DNA of 64,000 nt. Source: Octopus sinensis. Taxonomy: Eukaryota. The DNA lies in contig NC_042998.1 of assembly GCF_006345805.1 (NCBI RefSeq), forward strand, positions 66,340,001 through 66,404,000, read 5' to 3'. Shown piece by piece: positions 24,514 through 37,756 of the stretch. The notes under the pieces are model-generated. The model saw nothing but the letters and a program-made list of their open reading frames with translations, ran no database searches and was not told the DNA's origin. Every line of letters starts with the position of its first letter. Position 1 is the stretch's first letter. Both the position numbers and the translations under genes were made by a program.

Positions 24514-26823
24514 TTATATATAAGGGCTTAGTAAAATAAATTACTTTGCCACATACTGAACTCATTAGAAATAGCAGCTAAAGAAATTTCTTCAGCTATT
24601 TCTAATACTTAAAGAAGATCTCTCTCAGATAGTGTTTGCCTAAACTAACTCACAAAAGTATGGGGGAAAAAACATTAAAAAATCAAGTGCAAAGGTTATT
24701 TGAGAACGTACGTTTCTAGATTAGTCAATTCGACATTTCTTTCTTCAGCTCAGAATTCCTTGAATCGGATTTGGGAACACTGAAAGTCGGGTGCATACCC
24801 TTTCGGCTTCTATTCTGCTCGAACTAAAAGTGTTATCAAATTCGAATATGCAAGCGAAGAATTTCTGCTCTCCCCTTTCCACCAGCGTGGGTTAAAATTG
24901 ACAAACACCATGTATTAACGGTGAAAACCGCAGCATTTTACAGAGAAAGATGAATTATAATTTCAACAATTGAGGGTAAAATTAATTAATTATTAATCAA
25001 TTTCACCAAGTATTCAGTATGTAAAGGGACCATTATAGGCGAATTCAAAATATTACATTATATATAAGGGCTTAGTAAAATAAATTACTTTGCCACATAC
25101 TGAACTCATTAGAAATAGCAGCTAAAGAAATTTCTTCAGCTATTTCTAATACTTAAAGAAGATCTCTCTCAGATAGTGTTTGCCTAAACTAACTCACAAA
25201 AGTATGGGGGAAAAAAACATTAAAAAATCAAGTGCAAGGTTATTTGAGAACGTACGTTTCTAGATTAGTCAATTCGACATTTCTTTCTTCAGCTCAGAAT
25301 TCTTTGAATCGGATTTGGGAACACTGAAAGTCGGGAGCATACCCTTTCGGCTTCTAATCACCTCAAGAATTCTGCTCGAACTAAAAGTGTTATCAAATTC
25401 GAATATGCAAGCGAAGAATTTCTGCTCTCCCCTTTCCACCAGCGTGGGTTAAAATTGACAAACACCATGTATTAACGGTGAAAACCGCAGCATTTTACAG
25501 AGAAAGATGAATTATAATTTCAACAATTGAGGGTAAAATTAATTAATTATTAATCAATTTCACCAAGTATACAGTATGTAAAGGGACCATTATAGGCGAA
25601 TTCAAAATATTACATTATATATAAGGGCTTAGTAAAATAAATTACTTTGCCACATACTGAACTCATTAGAAATAGCAGCTAAAGATATTTCTTCAGCTAT
25701 TTCTAATACTTAAAGAAGATCTCTCTCAGATAGTGTTTGCCTAAACTAACTCACAAAAGTATGGGGGAAAAAAACATTAAAAAATCAAGTGCAAAGGTTA
25801 TTTGAGAACGTACGTTTCTAGATTAGTCAATTCGACATTTCTTTCTTCAGCTCAGAATTCCTTGAATCGGATTTGGGAACACTGAGAGAGATCTTCTTTA
25901 AGTATTAGAAATAGCTGAAGAAATTTCTTTAGCTGCTATTTCTAATGAGTTCACTATGTGGCAAAGTAATTTATTTTACTAAACCCTTATATATAATGTA
26001 ATATTTTGAATTCGCCTATAATGGTCCCTTTACATACTGAATACTTGGTGAAATTGATTAATAATTAATTAATTTTACCCTCAATTGTTGAAATTATAAT
26101 TCATCTTTCTCTGTAAAATGCTGCGGTTTTCACCGTTAATACATGGTGTTTGTCAATTTTAACCCACGCTGGTGGAAAGGGGAGAGCAGAAATTCTTCGC
26201 TTGCATATTCGAATTTGATAACACTTTTAGTTCGAGCAGAATTCTTGAGGTGATTAGAAGCCGAAAGGGTATGCTCCCGACTTTCAGTGTTCCCAAATCC
26301 GATTCAAGGAATTCTGAGCTGAAGAAAGAAATGTCGAATTGACTAATCTAGAAACGTACGTTCTCAAATAACCTTTGCACTTGATTTTTTAATGTTTTTT
26401 CCCCCATACTTTTGTGAGTTAGTTTAGGCAAACACTATCTGAGAGAGATCTTCTTTAAGTATTAGAAATAGCTGAAGAAATTTCTTTAGCTGCTATTTCT
26501 AATGAGTTCAGTATGTGGCAAAGTAATTTATTTTACTAAGCCCTTATATATAATGTAATATTTTGAATTCGCCTATAATGGTCCCTTTACATACTGAATA
26601 CTTGGTGAAATTGATTAATAATTAATTAATTTTACCCTCAATTGTTGAAATTATAATTCATCTTTCTCTGTAAAATGCTGCGGTTTTCACCGTTAATACA
26701 TGGTGTTTGTCAATTTTAACCCACGCTGGTGGAAAGGGGAGAGCAGAAATTCTTCGCTTGCATATTCGAATTTGATAACACTTTTAGTTCGAGCAGAATT
26801 CTTGAGGTGATTAGAAGCCGAAA
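24514..26823. repeat. ~550-bp tandem array with internal inversion (fold-back)
   Basis: Forward units 24514-25057 (544 bp), 25058-25614 (557 bp) and partial 25615-25885. Reverse-complement units 25882-25996 (partial), 25997-26553 (557 bp) and partial 26554-26823. Units are nearly identical and the array is flanked by (TA)n. Confidence 0.95.
26315..26366 (+). ncRNA. Hammerhead-like motif in the 550-bp unit (also 24701-24752, 25245-25296, 25803-25854 on minus)
   Basis: TGAG CTGAAGA aagaaatgtcgaattgactaatcta GAAAC GTAC GTT CTCA. Stem I is 4 bp and stem III is palindromic ACGTACGT. Stem II is imperfect (A.A mismatch at its base). Confidence 0.45.
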
Positions 26824-26954
26824 TTATATATATATATATATATATAAAATGTGAGGATAAAATTCTTTTCGAAAACAAATATCTTCTCGAAAAAAATTTT
26901 ATTAATGGCCAGCATATTAAATACCTTTAACGGTTGAATTTATTAACAATTAAA

Positions 26955-27475
26955 AAATGAGGGCAAAGGAAAAAATGCTAATGCCAAATATGCCGAAAAA
27001 TTGGACATATTGTCCATTAACCATATAATTTTTTTACAATACGCACGCTACTCGAAAAAAGGCTGACAGAAATCCTCACATTTGATATAAATTTAAGCGT
27101 TCACTTCCGAACTAACTAACTCACTCTGTGAGAGCCTCAGTTCAAATCGCACGTGCCTCGAATGGGCTGGGGTATTTCTATTTTGGATGTATTCGGGGTA
27201 CTTAGTTGTTCCCATCACTTAGTGTTTGCTTCTTCCATGGGTATGAGTAAGTATCTCATTTATTTCTTTTACCACATGTATCACTGACGAAGAGAGGGCT
27301 CTTAGTAGCTAACTTTGAAATCGGTCCGATATGGTAATAATGGAATATTTTAGAAATTTCTTTCAGCCTTTTTTCGACTAGCGTGCGTATTGTGAAAAAA
27401 TTATATGGTTAATGGAAAATATGTCCAATTTTTCGGCATATTTGGCATTATAATTTTTTTCCTTTGCCCTCATTT
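26955..27475. repeat. Inverted repeat, ~119-bp arms (26955-27073 / 27356-27475)
   Basis: aaatgagggcaaagg...cgcacgctactcgaaaaaaggctgacagaaat is matched by its reverse complement. Confidence 0.9.
27279..27336 (+). ncRNA. Candidate complete type I hammerhead ribozyme
   Basis: TATCA CTGACGA [AGAG ag GGCT cttagt AGCT aa CTTT] GAA ATCG gtc CGAT A TGGTA. All three stems can pair and the core is canonical, with triplet AUA. Confidence 0.55.
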
Positions 27476-27509
27476 ATGTATATGTATATATATATATATA
27501 ACTATATAT

Positions 27510-27561
<52 letters not shown>

Positions 27562-27707
27562 GTATATATATATATTATTTTGCACATTACTTAATCATTG
27601 TTATGTCTTATCTTATATTTAATCTTTCTATGATATGTAATTTTTCTAAATGGTATAATTTATCTTTTCTTTATTGAATTTACAAAAGGTGGGTTTTTCT
27701 AATTTAT

Positions 27708-27745
<38 letters not shown>

Positions 27746-28039
27746 CACGCATGCACATATGGGGATAGGACGTCACCAATAGGGAAAATAATATGAAATA
27801 CTTAAACAAGCAAGAGAAAACGAGTGAAATACATGAATAACGAGAAAAAATCAAAATCATGACAAGTAAATAAAGACAAAAGAACATTCATCAGTTGTCG
27901 GCTCTCTATCTACTCCTCATTTCGAGCATTCCCCGACAATATGAGTCTTGAAAGACATTTGCTCCCATAAATTCTGAAATAAAGTTTAGGATTTATAGTA
28001 GGTCAAGGTTAGGAACAAATACATGATAGTGAAGACATG

Positions 28040-28620
28040 AAGGAAAATTATTGAAAACAAACATAGAAGATCGTTCGTCCAGAAGGAGAAGAAAATAGTG
28101 AATGGTGGGAGAAAGATTCTTTTGAAAAGATAAAGGATAGAATAGAGAGAAAAAACACGTCCGTTCCTTTAAGCATCCGTGCAGGAAAAGAGAGACAGTC
28201 ATGTTAGGAAAAGAAAGATAGGCGATGGTCATATGTGAACGAGAGAGACGACCCTCTAGTCTATACCGTTTTCTTCCTCCGTCCTTCTCTAAATCCCTTT
28301 TCCTTCCCTCCCTTCTTCACTGTTTTCTATCTGTCTTTCTCTATATATCCCTCTTTCTCCTTTTTCTCTCTTTCTCGTTGCTCACATGTGACCATCGTGC
28401 ATGCTTCTTTACATCACGTGACCATTTTTCCTTTTGTTGCACGGACGTTTAAGAAACGAGCGTGTTTTCTCACCCTATCTTTTCTCTTTACAAAAAGTAT
28501 GTTTCTCCTAGCGTTCTCTATTTTCCACTCGTTCTGGTTTAATGACGCTCCATGTTTCCTTTCGTTCGGTTTCCTTGTATTCTCAACTGTCAATTATTAT
28601 CGTGTCCTACTGGTTAAAAT
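28040..28620. repeat. Imperfect inverted pair of a dispersed repeat
   Basis: aaaaacacgtccgttcctttaagcatccgtgcaggaaaag resembles the reverse complement of cttttgttgcacggacgtttaagaaacgagcgtgttttct. gatggtcatatgtg matches cacatgtgaccatc. Confidence 0.55.
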
Positions 28621-28787
28621 TTTACTTATTTACTTGTGCAACTGGAGTTGACACTGCATTTAAATTGATGTAATGGTTGTATTTTTCAATTAAAAGGAAC
28701 CGCTTGAAACAGTCGTACTGCATCACTATTTGCTTATTTTGATCATATGATATATATATTCTATATATCCTATATAAATTTCACACC

Positions 28788-29640
28788 ACCGACTCCTTCA
28801 CCTGCACTTCTAGTAATGTCATTTATTGCATTTCCTGCTCTGTCTTGCCGTTCCTGTACATTGGAGAAACGGGACGCCGCTTGGCTGACCGGTTCGCGGA
28901 ACACCTCCGAGATATCAGACTCGTCAATGACACACCGGTCTCGCGCCATTTCCCTTCTACCGGTCATTCTCTTTGAACTGCCTTTGCACAAGGGTCGTCT
29001 GGAAACCCACCTTCGCCGTGAATACAGATCTCTCATCGGTTCTTTGTGCCATGTAGACACAACTCACATCATCTCCTCATGTGACATGAACCTCATCTCC
29101 TCTCTTCCTTTGTTAACAACCCCACACCAGACATCCTCGTCCACACACAAACACACAATCTTCAATACCGTCACCATACATACCACTATATGAGCAGCCA
29201 CACACTCTTTACCTCAATGCACATATCACACACCATCATGCCCACTCTCATACAAACACAAACACACATTACACACGCACACACTCACACACGTCAGTCA
29301 CTCGCCCCTATTCACACACACACACACTTACACACTTACACACACTTTTTTCACATGCACACTACACACGCGCACCTCCTTTGTTGGGATCACTAGTACT
29401 TTCTTATCTCCACTTCATAGAATCGCTTTTTTATCATTACCTCCCTTTCTTTCGACCTCTTTTTTCCAATGCTTCGCTATGCTGGACATATCTACATTTT
29501 TCTATTCTTTCTGTATATATGTTCTCTTCTTCCTTTCTGTTGAAGAGCGTAGTCTCTAAACGTAAAGGACTTTTTCCTTTTCCCAAACGTCAATCTAATA
29601 CATTTGCTTCGTCTTTAGTTTTTTTATAAATTTCGACTAT
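28788..29640 (+). mobile_element. Penelope-like element 3' fragment (GIY-YIG endonuclease, 3' region, decayed HHR)
   Basis: 28788-28976 translates TDSFTCTSSNVIYCISCSVLPFLYIGETGRRLADRFAEHLRDIR. ttgaagagcgtagtctctaaacgt near 29540-29570 is a decayed CTGAAGA..GAAACGT motif. Confidence 0.85.
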
Positions 29641-29642
29641 GT

Positions 29643-29714
<72 letters not shown>

Positions 29715-31439
29715 ACACACACATGTGGAGGTAGAGGTGCATGTGTGTGTGAGTGGGTTTGCGCATCGTTATAAACCATAAAAATCAGGAGCTATGCAAG
29801 AGGAATATATTTACTTCACCACTTAGCATCATTAGGATAATGGCCGTTTCGCTGCCTTCATCATGTAATATTAAATTCAGTGTATCATAAAAATATGTTC
29901 ATTGGATTGCACTTATATGTATGCAATGCATTATACGATACCCAAATTCACAATTGTCAATTGACTAATCAGTGCAGATGAAGGGAGCTAGTTCATCATA
30001 TCAGAACAGCATAATTACTCCCAATGTTTCCCCTGTATAATATGCATACGATGTTTTGTCTTCATGAATACAGAATGCACGGAAGATCGCTATAAGATGG
30101 AATTTGTTAGTCATGGTCATTAAAAATAAATATATTTTCTTTCATATTAATTTATCTTTTGCATCTAAGTTTAGGGAGCGTTAACAAAAAGCAGGAAGGA
30201 ATGATAATAAACTAGTAATAGCAACTAGAAAACTTTTTGAAAAGTTTATAAAAATACATATAAAAGTAATATAAATGAATGGGGAACAAACAGCTGGATG
30301 TGAAAAAAATTTAACCAAGAGATAATATTGAACAACAGTTATTTCCAAATAGGTTTCAGAAGTCAAAAGACCTGTAAATAATTTATCTTTCTATGAACAC
30401 TTTGGAAATCAAAGCAATACTCACGCCTACATAGAAGCACATGCATAATAGTTTTAAGTCGCTAAGAAATACGCAATAACAGTCACACAGTATATACTCT
30501 TCTACCCATTAATAATCATATTGACCATACGGAAGCAACCATTAGTACCACATACAAGTGAACATAGATATACAAAAATATAAATACAAGCACACATGCC
30601 AAGTTTATATAATTGGGATACTATACATCAGTCATTCCAGTAGTGTTGTTGGCTGAAATTTATTCGTATTCCCTTTCGTTTACTTGTTTCTTTCAAGAAA
30701 TATTTTTCATTGCTATTTAAATAAATTAAGCGTTTTGTTCGGAATAATATTGAATAATATATATATATATAACTTAAAATAAAGTAGTCGTTGGATATAA
30801 TGTGCTACTGTTATGCCACCACAATTTTCGGAGTTGACGTAACGCAAGATTACCAAACCTTAAGTGATTTACAAAATTTTGGGGAGGAATTTGTATCTGA
30901 TATATGAATATACGGTGTAAATATTATGCCGTTCTTTGTGGTATAGAATAAAATAAAAGTTTCTTGAGGAGATTGCAATAATCCACGTATGTGTTTTTAT
31001 ATTCTTTAAAGGAACTGCAAAATTTACATTTCACTTGATAAAGGTAACCGCAGTGGGCTAAACTATTCAAGTTTTAAAATACATAGTACAGATGTTAACT
31101 GGACTACGTATCCTACAGTACTGGTTGCCACATATTGCGACTTGTTAGCTGCTGGTTTTCCTAAGCACTCTTCTGTTGCTAAATGTGCTGGCATTAAAGG
31201 TCTCTGTCGGAACTAATTGCACACACGTTTTGTCTATATCCATGCTGGAGAGGCTGTAAGGCATTTGGAAAATTCCGTTATTCTTGATGAGAGACTTTTA
31301 AAGTCAGAATTCAAGGCAAAGAGCTGACATGTGTATGTGGAGTTGATTTGTGAATTTGTTTTGTCAATACCGTACGTATGATTTTTCTCCTGGTAATGCA
31401 AATCTGTGAATACTGTAGGGCATTTACGTTTCTAAAATA

Positions 31440-31463
31440 AGAATTATCCAAAGGAACGTGCTT

Positions 31464-31522
<59 letters not shown>

Positions 31523-31741
31523 GACGGGAAATAGAGAAAGATAGATAAACACACACATATATATATGTATGTATATGCTTACATATATATATATATAAGT
31601 TCATCAAAATTTAGATTCAAATGAATATGGTACTTAAGTTAGATGCACCAGAATTTTGAATGGTGTTATCCATATAAATCCATGCGATGATTATAATCAA
31701 AATAAGCAACAAGAATATTCTTGTTGCTTATTTTGAGTATG

Positions 31742-31806
<65 letters not shown>

Positions 31807-31821
31807 TATATATATATGTAT

Positions 31822-31854
<33 letters not shown>

Positions 31855-31863
31855 CAGATAGAC

Positions 31864-31928
<65 letters not shown>

Positions 31929-32044
31929 TAGTTATATATAGATATAGATATATGTATGTATGTATGTACACACATATATATTTGTATGTAAATGTATATA
32001 TGTGTGGGGGTGAATGTATTCGTGTGCAGCATATTTTAGTTGGG

Positions 32045-32099
<55 letters not shown>

Positions 32100-32124
32100 T
32101 ATATGTATACATACACATACACAA

Positions 32125-32198
<74 letters not shown>

Positions 32199-32240
32199 CG
32201 TATACATATATATATTCATATATATATATGTATGTATGTA
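31440..32240. repeat. Compound (GA)n, (TA)n, (GATA)n, (CA)n microsatellites
   Basis: Direct reading. Similar blocks occur at 33010-33250 and 33820-34160. Confidence 0.95.
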
Positions 32241-33010
32241 TTTATGTATGTATGAGAGTGAAGGCAACGGAGGCAGATGGTAAAATAAGTGCGTGTGTTT
32301 GTGCATGCGCTTGTTTGTGCGTACGCATATGAGGGTATATGTGTGCGGACGTTTGTGTGTACATATATTGTTACAAATTATTACTTCAATAACATATATC
32401 CGATATTTTCTAAAGAAGGAAGAAACAACAGTACGATTTCAAGAAAAAGGAATAAATATATTTCATGATATATCTGATGTAAAATTAAAAATTTATGACT
32501 AATAAATCTGTTTGGCGGCTATTTCATATGATCCAAGCTGGAAATAACAACTTTAAATTCATAGAGTTGACGCGCTTCAATTGATTGCAGATGTCACTAG
32601 GGCTACAGTAAAATATGTTTGATTTATTTAAATCTATCAAGAAAGATGGCACCTATAGGAAAGAATAGTTTCTGTTGATTTGTTATGCTATACAAATATG
32701 TAGTTGTATATTTTCCCTTTCATACACACTAAATATACGAGTGGACATTTGCCAGATTTTGCCGACAATAACTATAACAATTTCTTAGTATAAGAATATA
32801 TAAGGAGAGAAATATGTGACCAGTTACTTCAACAAAAGAAGATTCGCGAATACTTTCCTGGAAGTTTGCCAAAAATATTCAACTAGCAAAAGGCAATGTT
32901 CATTTGCCAGACTAGTGTACTAAATTTCTTCTACAAATTTAAAATGTTCTCCTCATTTCCCCCATTGACTCCCAAAACTCTTTCTCATCTCTCTCTGTAT
33001 CCCACTCTGC

Positions 33011-33086
<76 letters not shown>

Positions 33087-33088
33087 AT

Positions 33089-33163
<75 letters not shown>

Positions 33164-33825
33164 CTATCTATCTAACTATCTATCTATCAACCTATTTATA
33201 TATATATATATATACGTGTGTGTGTGTGTATGTATAGATATATGTGTATGTTTGTGTGTGTATACACACAAACAGAATATATATGCGCGTCTACGTGTAG
33301 GTATGTGCGCTCGTTTAGCTATCCATCTCAAATCTCCCACTTTCACCCCAATTCTTACTGTCTCTGTTTTTCTCCCTCACTCTCCCTTACTCTCTCTCTC
33401 TCGCTCTCACGAATGCATACACATACTAACATACACATGTATATGAGAAGTAGAGGACGTATTTCAACTGGAAATGCTCTCCAACTGACAGCGATTCAGT
33501 TTCGAAATTATTTTATAGCTACATTTAAAGATCCGTATCATATAATAAATTTCCTCGTTACCTCTACATGGACCAAAAGTAGCGGGTCAAGATTTTTAGT
33601 CAGATAATATCTAGCAATATATATTTCATTTGTTCAAAGGTATCTAGAAGTATTCTATTTACTGTAATCTTGTAGCAGGTGTTAGTGTGTTAATTTGATT
33701 CCTACTTCTAGCAAAACAGATGACTCCATACATTAGCCGGATTGGAAGATATACGCTTAGCGCACATGCTTGTAGATATAAGTACACATACACAACATGC
33801 AAATATATAAATATGTGTGTGTGTA

Positions 33826-33876
<51 letters not shown>

Positions 33877-34024
33877 GTATAAAAAGATAGACAGCTAGGT
33901 AAATTCATAGATAGATACGCATAGGCACAAACACACATGCACACAAGAATACCCACATATATACGCACACGTACACACACATATGTAGGTATATACAAGC
34001 ACTTATATATATATATAGGGAGAG

Positions 34025-34059
<35 letters not shown>

Positions 34060-34088
34060 TAGACAGATAAATAGATAGATAGACAGAC

Positions 34089-34159
<71 letters not shown>

Positions 34160-34794
34160 CCTAAATCTGTGTGCGTATATTTATAAAAACATATATAGAC
34201 AGATATACACACATATAGTGCCACATACTTACATATATGCGTGTCTGTTTGTAAATGTAAACCCTAGAAAATTTTGCCTGATTCTTCTTGGCGCAACGTA
34301 ATTTTTTGTAGAGTATCTAGAAACATTATAGAATTCGGTTGTGGAATTTATTTTGTTTAAAAAAGCATCTTTTCCATGTTGCGCTGCAATAAACAGGGAT
34401 TTCTTTTGTTCATCAACAGAATCAATATTTGAACCTAGAGAGATACCTGCTTAGATATAAAACTGCATGAATTGCTCGCTAATAAATCTTTGAAATATAT
34501 TTCAGCTGAGTAACCTCTGTCATTTCGCAAGTTTCGTGCCTTAAATGAATATGACGCGTGAATACGCAAGGGAATATAATATCATAAACTTTGATATTTT
34601 ATATCAAACATTGAACAATCTACACGTTGATTCGTTTATACAATACTCGGTTCGTTTAGCTTTACAATAGCGTTTAATAAACAGAGAATAGCTGGGTTGA
34701 ATATGATATATCTATTGTGATGAGCAAAAAAAGTAATGTGATAAACAACTGCCGATTGGAGAATATATAACCTGCCTTCAATTTTAAGGTCACT

Positions 34795-35165
34795 TTAATA
34801 GACTTACCAAACTGTGCTAGATATAGCAACCAAATCTCTGTAAGGCAACTAGGAGCACTCCGTCGGTTATGACGACGAGGTTCACAGCTGATGCGATCAA
34901 CGGAACAGTTTGCTCGTGAAATTAACGTGCATGTGACTGAGCAATCCACAGACACGTGTACTCCTAACGTAGTTCTGAGAGAGATTCAGCGTGACACAGT
35001 GTGTGACAAGGCCGGCTCATTGAAATACAAGTACAACTCATTTCTGCCAGCTGAGTGGACTGGAGCAACGTGAAATAAAGTGTCTTGCTCAAGGACACAA
35101 CGCGTCGCCGGGAATTGAACTCACGACCTTCAAATCGTGAGCCGAATGCCCTAACTACCAAGGAA
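34795..35165 (-). mobile_element. tRNA-derived SINE (family C)
   Basis: The reverse complement begins tggtagttagggcattcggctcacg...gagttcaattcccgg (A/B boxes), then ttgtgtccttgagcaagacactt. Confidence 0.8.
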
Positions 35166-35639
35166 CGCGCCTAAGGTAACTAGTATGGCTATAAGTGGCA
35201 ACATTCCCGCTAAAGACAGTAGTAAGATGACGCTTTACAATGAACACCAGATTCATTTAAAATCAAATATACATTGAATAGTCGTGTTCAAGGTACACGC
35301 AAAATATTGGTGTGGTCACAATCGAAGTCTTTTGAACACAGGTCGAGGAAATTAGGTCAGCTCTAGAAATAAATGCAGCAACACTATCAACAGCAACAAT
35401 AAGCGCTATGTTATCCGCTGCTAAATAACTTTCAAACCTGAACGTCTCAAAACATAAGCACGATATTATCTCATTTATTATTGTCCTACAATTTAAATCA
35501 ATGGGGAATAGTCATGGAAATTAATGCATCACGGCTACCTTTGTAACTGTTAAGCATTTACCATGCCATGCACTTTCAGATATATTAAATACATATAACT
35601 CAGCTTCAGCTACTTTGAGATGAAATAAACTATATGCTC

Positions 35640-35654
35640 AATTTCCTATTTATT

Positions 35655-35685
<31 letters not shown>

Positions 35686-35895
35686 ACATCATCATCATCA
35701 TCATCATCATCATTAACATTATTACTATTATTATTATCATTATTATTATTATTATTATTATTGTTATTATTATTATTATTATTGTTCTTGTTATTATTAT
35801 TATTGTTATTATTATCATTATTGTTATTATTATTGTTATTATTATAATTATTATTATTATTATTATTATTACTATTATTATTATTGTTATTATTA
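35640..35895. repeat. (CAT)n/(TAT)n microsatellite
   Basis: Direct reading. Confidence 0.95.
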
Positions 35896-36665
35896 TTCTG
35901 TTTGACTTTTGCTTTATGTCTGTACAAGTTGGCTCCAAGTCTCACCCAGAGACCTCAAGAGACAACAGGTTGGAAGTTCACGTTGTTGTTATGCCTAGTG
36001 TGCCATATATTTGGGTTGTTTTTGGTGTTGTACTAGTGAATGTCTAATACATAAAAAACCTTGGGATTACATAGAGAGTATTTTGCGTAGGATATGAGCA
36101 GTTCCCATGAGCAGTATGTTTTGAATGTCTGCCATTTTGGGGCTTCCTGGTATCTGAGTTAGGTAGCAATAAGTCACTTTCGCTATCATTCCCAGGGCAC
36201 CTATGACAACAGGTGTTGTTTTAGTCTTCAGCTTCCACATTTTGCTGATTTCTATTTCAAGATCTTTATATTTGCTCAGTTTTTGGTAGGTCTTGACAGA
36301 TACGTTTATATCGATTGGGACAGTCATATCAATGAGGAGGCATGTTCTTTGTCTGAAGTCTTTCAATATGATGTCTGGCCTATTTGCATCTATCTTTCTG
36401 TCAGTTTGAATGGTGAAGTTCCAGAGGAGTGAGATGTGGTCATTTTCAAGCACTGGAGGTGGATTGTTTTCCCACCAGTTTTTTTCATGGGCAAATCCAG
36501 GTTTTTGCAAATTACCCAGTGAATATATTGTGCAGCTCTATCATGCCTGTTGAGGTACTCTGTAGGCACTAGAAGACTGCATTTGGAGACAACATGATCA
36601 ATGGTTTTATTTTGTTGTCGGCATACACGACATGTTGGGCTACTGCCGTTCTTTAATATGTTGAC
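35896..36665 (-). mobile_element. 3' fragment of R4/Dong LINE (second subfamily)
   Basis: ORF 36067-36510 contains LLWNFTIQTDRKIDANRPDIIL...KLSKYKDLEIEISKMW...VIGALG. (TAA)n on both flanks. Confidence 0.92.
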
Positions 36666-36671
36666 CTATTA

Positions 36672-36746
<75 letters not shown>

Positions 36747-36830
36747 TATTATTATTATTATTGTTATTGTTATTATTATCACTATTATTATTATCATCAT
36801 CATCATTTTATTATTATTATAATTATAATA

Positions 36831-36877
<47 letters not shown>

Positions 36878-36890
36878 CATTATTATTATT

Positions 36891-37043
36891 GAGTGAGAGA
36901 GCAGTTCATGCCATCAAAGTGACACTGGGGTAAAATATACGAAGCCCAATATACCCATCATGACTACCCGTCTGATAAAGGTACACCAGGCACATGCATC
37001 ACAACCATATGTGCGCGACATGGTGATCTCATATGAAGATAAT
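36891..37043 (-). mobile_element. Truncated copy of the 7946-8520 element, inside (TAA)n
   Basis: The reverse complement aligns with about 8365-8515. Confidence 0.75.
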
Positions 37044-37047
37044 ATTA

Positions 37048-37079
<32 letters not shown>

Positions 37080-37173
37080 ATTATTATTATTATTATTATT
37101 ATTATATTATTATTATTATTATATTATTATATTATTATTATTATTATTATTATTATTATCATTATTATTATTA

Positions 37174-37228
<55 letters not shown>

Positions 37229-37756
37229 TTACAAAAAAGGTAATTAATCTATATGTGGCAACGTGGTATTTAATTTTCTTGAAACTAAATCAGAAGAATG
37301 TGACAAACCAATCACAGATTCATTCTCACCGTTCAGGATTCCTTTTCTTCGGTGCCAAACTTCAGAAATCAATACATAGAAAGTGGCAGATTTGGCTCCA
37401 AAACTAACTAACGTGCTTTCTATTTTATTCCGAATCGTATAATTTACACGACAGTTATGCATTCATATCATGAAGTAGGTGATAGACATGGAGTCTCACA
37501 AGCTTCCAGAGTGTAAATAGTTGTACGAAACTGAGCACGATGGAATTAAGCAGATCGACACACTGTGTATCATTTATGAGAGACCACATTACATATTCTC
37601 TCAATATCATACTTGTAAATGCGTCTTGCATATTACCAAGTAGAGGATTTCGTATCACGTACTTTATAGGAAGTTATTATATCGGTGAAATTCAGAAAAA
37701 AACTTTCCGCTTTTCCAAGATCTGTTTTATGTCCGTTCAACATGTTATTTTATTAT

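Noticed and set aside
24514-26823. Repeat array as a CRISPR locus
   Set aside because: Units are about 550 bp and identical throughout, with no unique spacers and no cas genes. The context is eukaryotic.
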